A stretch of DNA of 38,727 bases from contig NC_068988.1 of NCBI RefSeq assembly GCF_001194135.2, positions 8,431,690 to 8,470,416 on the forward strand. Direction: 5' to 3'. The notes under the pieces were generated by a model. It searched no databases. It saw only the letters and a program-made list of their open reading frames with translations, and had not been told where the DNA came from. Positions within the stretch are counted from its first letter, which is position 1. Each line of letters starts with the position of its first letter. This document shows, in pieces, positions 36,446 to 38,727 of this stretch. The position numbers were made by a program, and so were the translations under genes. Source of the DNA: Octopus bimaculoides. Lineage: Eukaryota.

Positions 36446-36492
<47 letters not shown>

Positions 36493-36689
36493 NNNNNNNN
36501 NNCTTTGAGAATTTTTAAGTGATCTTCTAGCTCATTAGCAGTCCACTTAGTGGTCTCCTTTATATACACATGTACTATAATCATTTCTGATTCTTTTAAT
36601 GTGCTGGTTTTCCTGGTATTAAATTGATATTAATTAATATCAAATTTTTACCCTATTATGTTATATATATATGTAAATATATAAAAACA

Positions 36690-36870
36690 AAAGGATAAAG
36701 AGAGCAAAGGTAAGGTTGAAGAATTTTATGGATAGTCTTACAGCTGTTTCTGGGAAGATCCAGTACTTCCCTTCATCAGAGACAGAAAAAATAAAGTTAT
36801 CTATTATTATATCCATAGGCAGATATTTTTAGTATGAATTGGTAAAGAGTGTGATGTGCTGAAAAAAGAG
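36690..36870 (-). mobile_element. Hammerhead-bearing dispersed repeat, copy 2
   Basis: Reverse-complement homology to 20446-20645 (…catactaaaa…gcctatggatataataat…ctttattttttctgtct-HHR-tatccataaaatt…ttgctctctttatc). Confidence 0.55.
36735..36783 (-). ncRNA. Minimal type I hammerhead ribozyme (family 2, intact core)
   Basis: Minus strand GTCT CTGATGA A GGGAAG tactggat CTTCCC A GAAA C AGCT GTA^ AGAC. 4-bp helix I, 6-bp helix II, palindromic ACAGCUGU helix III, GUA triplet. Confidence 0.75.
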
Positions 36871-37707
36871 AGAACAGTACTTGAAGTGTAGTTTCATTCC
36901 CGTGGTAAATATCCGTGTAGAAATTCGTGCAGATTAATCCTTGTGTGAATAATCCGGAAATTTATGTTGGAACGAAAGTTGATATAGCTTAGGTGGCAGA
37001 GGTATATATATTCCATCATCATCATCATCATCATCATCATTGTTTAACGTCCAGCAAGGAAAAAGGATGTTAAATTTGATAATGATAATAGCAAGGCAAA
37101 TTAGTCTGTGTAGTTAGGCCTGCATAACATTTGTATGATGCTTGTAGAAAGAGTAAGAAGCTTAGTGAATGATAAACGGTATTCGCAGCCAGTTCTGGTT
37201 GAAGAATAAGAAGTTAACCTGTTTCTGTATGGTAAGGGTTAGAAATGTTCCGTGTGAAAATTCGTTCTATGCTGGCAGAATGATGAAATGTGAGGCAGAA
37301 GGCCTCCCCCGTATTACAAGGTATGTTTGTGTGTGTGTATGTGTCATTAGGTATCCTGGAAGCTGTTCACTGTTCAAGATTTTGGTATCCTCGTTAGGTT
37401 TATTAGATTATTACGAATGAAAGAGGTGGTATGATTGGGAGAATGGTTGATCTTGTATACATCTCCAGCATTTGATGGAAACCTGATAATGCTTGATAGT
37501 AAAAGGAGTGCATATGAGACTGTGCTTTTGGCTACAAAAGTACAACCAGTGATTAAAATCCAAATTTGTTTCTGTCAAAAGCTGTGGGTCTCAGCCCTCA
37601 CATACTCTTGCTGTGACTATACTCACAGGGAGGGTATTTTTCTGACTGCCATTTATTTTTATGTAGGCAACGAAAAAAAAAGAAGTTTTTCAAGATTTAC
37701 ATATATA

Positions 37708-37853
37708 GGTGCAGGAGTGCCTGTGTGGTTACATAGTTCTGGGTTCAGTCCCACTGTGTGGCACCTTGGGCAAGTGTCTTCTACTATAGCATCGGGACGA
37801 CTAAAGCCTTGTGAGTGGATTTGGTAGATGGAAACTGAAAGAAACCCGTCCTG

Positions 37854-37892
<39 letters not shown>

Positions 37893-38090
37893 TGTTTGTG
37901 TCTTTGTCCACCCAACATCACTTGACAACCGATGTTGGTGTGTTTACATCCCTGTAACTTAGCAGTTCGGCAAAAGAGATTGATAGAATAAGTACTAGGC
38001 TTACAGAGAATAAGTCCTAGGGTTGATTTGCTTGACTAAAGGTGATGCTCCAGCATGGCTACAGTCAAATGACTGAAACAAGTAAAAGAA
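37708..38090 (+). mobile_element. SINE family B full-length copy in MCM7 intron 4
   Basis: Colinear with the 8078-8466 and 21854-22235 copies. Confidence 0.85.
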
Positions 38091-38237
38091 TATGCAAGGA
38101 GACCAGTCCTCCACAGCAGAAGTGTCGAGGCTGCTCCACTTGAAGAAGAGGATTTAGACACTGCAAGACTGGTGCTATGCAACGTCCCTTGAGGTATTTG
38201 TTCTGCTTCCAGTTTGACACTCCCTTTTTCTGTCATC

Positions 38238-38545
38238 ATCATCATCGTTTAGCGTCCGTTTTCCATGCTGGCATGGGTTGGACGATTTGACTGAGGACTG
38301 TCAAGCCAGAAGGCTGCACCAGGCTCCAATCTGATCTGGTAGAGTTTCTACAGCTGGATGCCCTTCCTAATGCCAACCACTCCGAGTATTTAGTGGGTGC
38401 TTTTTACTTGCCACCAGCACAGGGACCAGTCAGGCAGCCCTGGCATCGATCACGTTTGGATAGTGCTTTTTATGTGCCACCGGCACAGGTGCCAGTCAGG
38501 CAGCTCTAGCATCAATCATGTTTGTATAGTGTTTTTTATGTGCCA
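38238..38545 (-). mobile_element. SINE-like family A copy just upstream of MCM7 exon 5
   Basis: (CAT)n-CGTTTAGCGTCCG...GCTGGATGCCCTTCCTAATGCCAACCACTCC plus tandem subrepeats. Confidence 0.8.
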
Positions 38546-38629
38546 CAAAAATAAATATAATCTTACAGAAAATAAAAAATTTGTTTTTTTTTTAAAATTA
38601 TAATTTTGATTTTTCTTTTTTTTTTAAAG

Positions 38630-38727
38630 TGAAGTGTACTTCAAATCACCATCACACCAGAAACAGCTTTCCGTGAGAGAAATCAAAGCCGACTGCGTTG
38701 GCAAATTGGTGTGTGTGAAGGGTATTG
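38630..38727 (+). CDS. MCM7: MCM7 exon 5 (truncated by window end; OB-fold start)
   Basis: Poly-T tract, then aag|T GAA GTG TAC.... Encodes EVYFKSPSHQKQLSVREIKADCVGKLVCVKGI and completes the phase-2 codon TT|T from exon 4. Confidence 0.93.

Noticed and set aside
29781-38629. miR-25/93/106b-like sequences in MCM7 introns
   Set aside because: No such mature sequence recognised. The vertebrate host intron lies further downstream and the cluster is vertebrate-specific.

Overview
AT-rich, repeat-dense eukaryotic genomic scaffold with many N gaps. The SINE, MITE and microsatellite landscape looks like an octopus genome (inference from recognising the repeat families). I reconstructed two genes by hand from splice sites; they sit head-to-head with only ~304 bp between start codons. 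(1) Minus strand: a complete 7-exon DCN1-like cullin neddylation E3 (DCUN1D1/2 type; 783-nt CDS, 260 aa; ATG-only first coding exon at 29443-29445, 21-kb intron 2, stop at 401). (2) Plus strand: the first five exons of MCM7 (ATG at 29750, running off the window end). The shared promoter carries a perfect E2F site and a GTCACGTGAC E-box. The most unusual signal is a set of minimal type I hammerhead ribozyme motifs from three different repeat families inside the introns. One is at 6298-6340, in the loop of a ~510-bp fold-back element. Two are copies of one family, at 36735-36783 (intact core) and 20544-20592 (U4C). The fourth is a remnant lacking helix II at ~23775-23801. All structurally complete copies are antisense to their host gene, and the crippled one is sense. 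Other observations are several long near-perfect hairpins (including a pre-miRNA-sized one in MCM7 intron 1), a young SINE with a 12-bp TSD, and decayed LINE fragments. Most ORFs in the supplied track are repeat- or gap-derived and non-coding.
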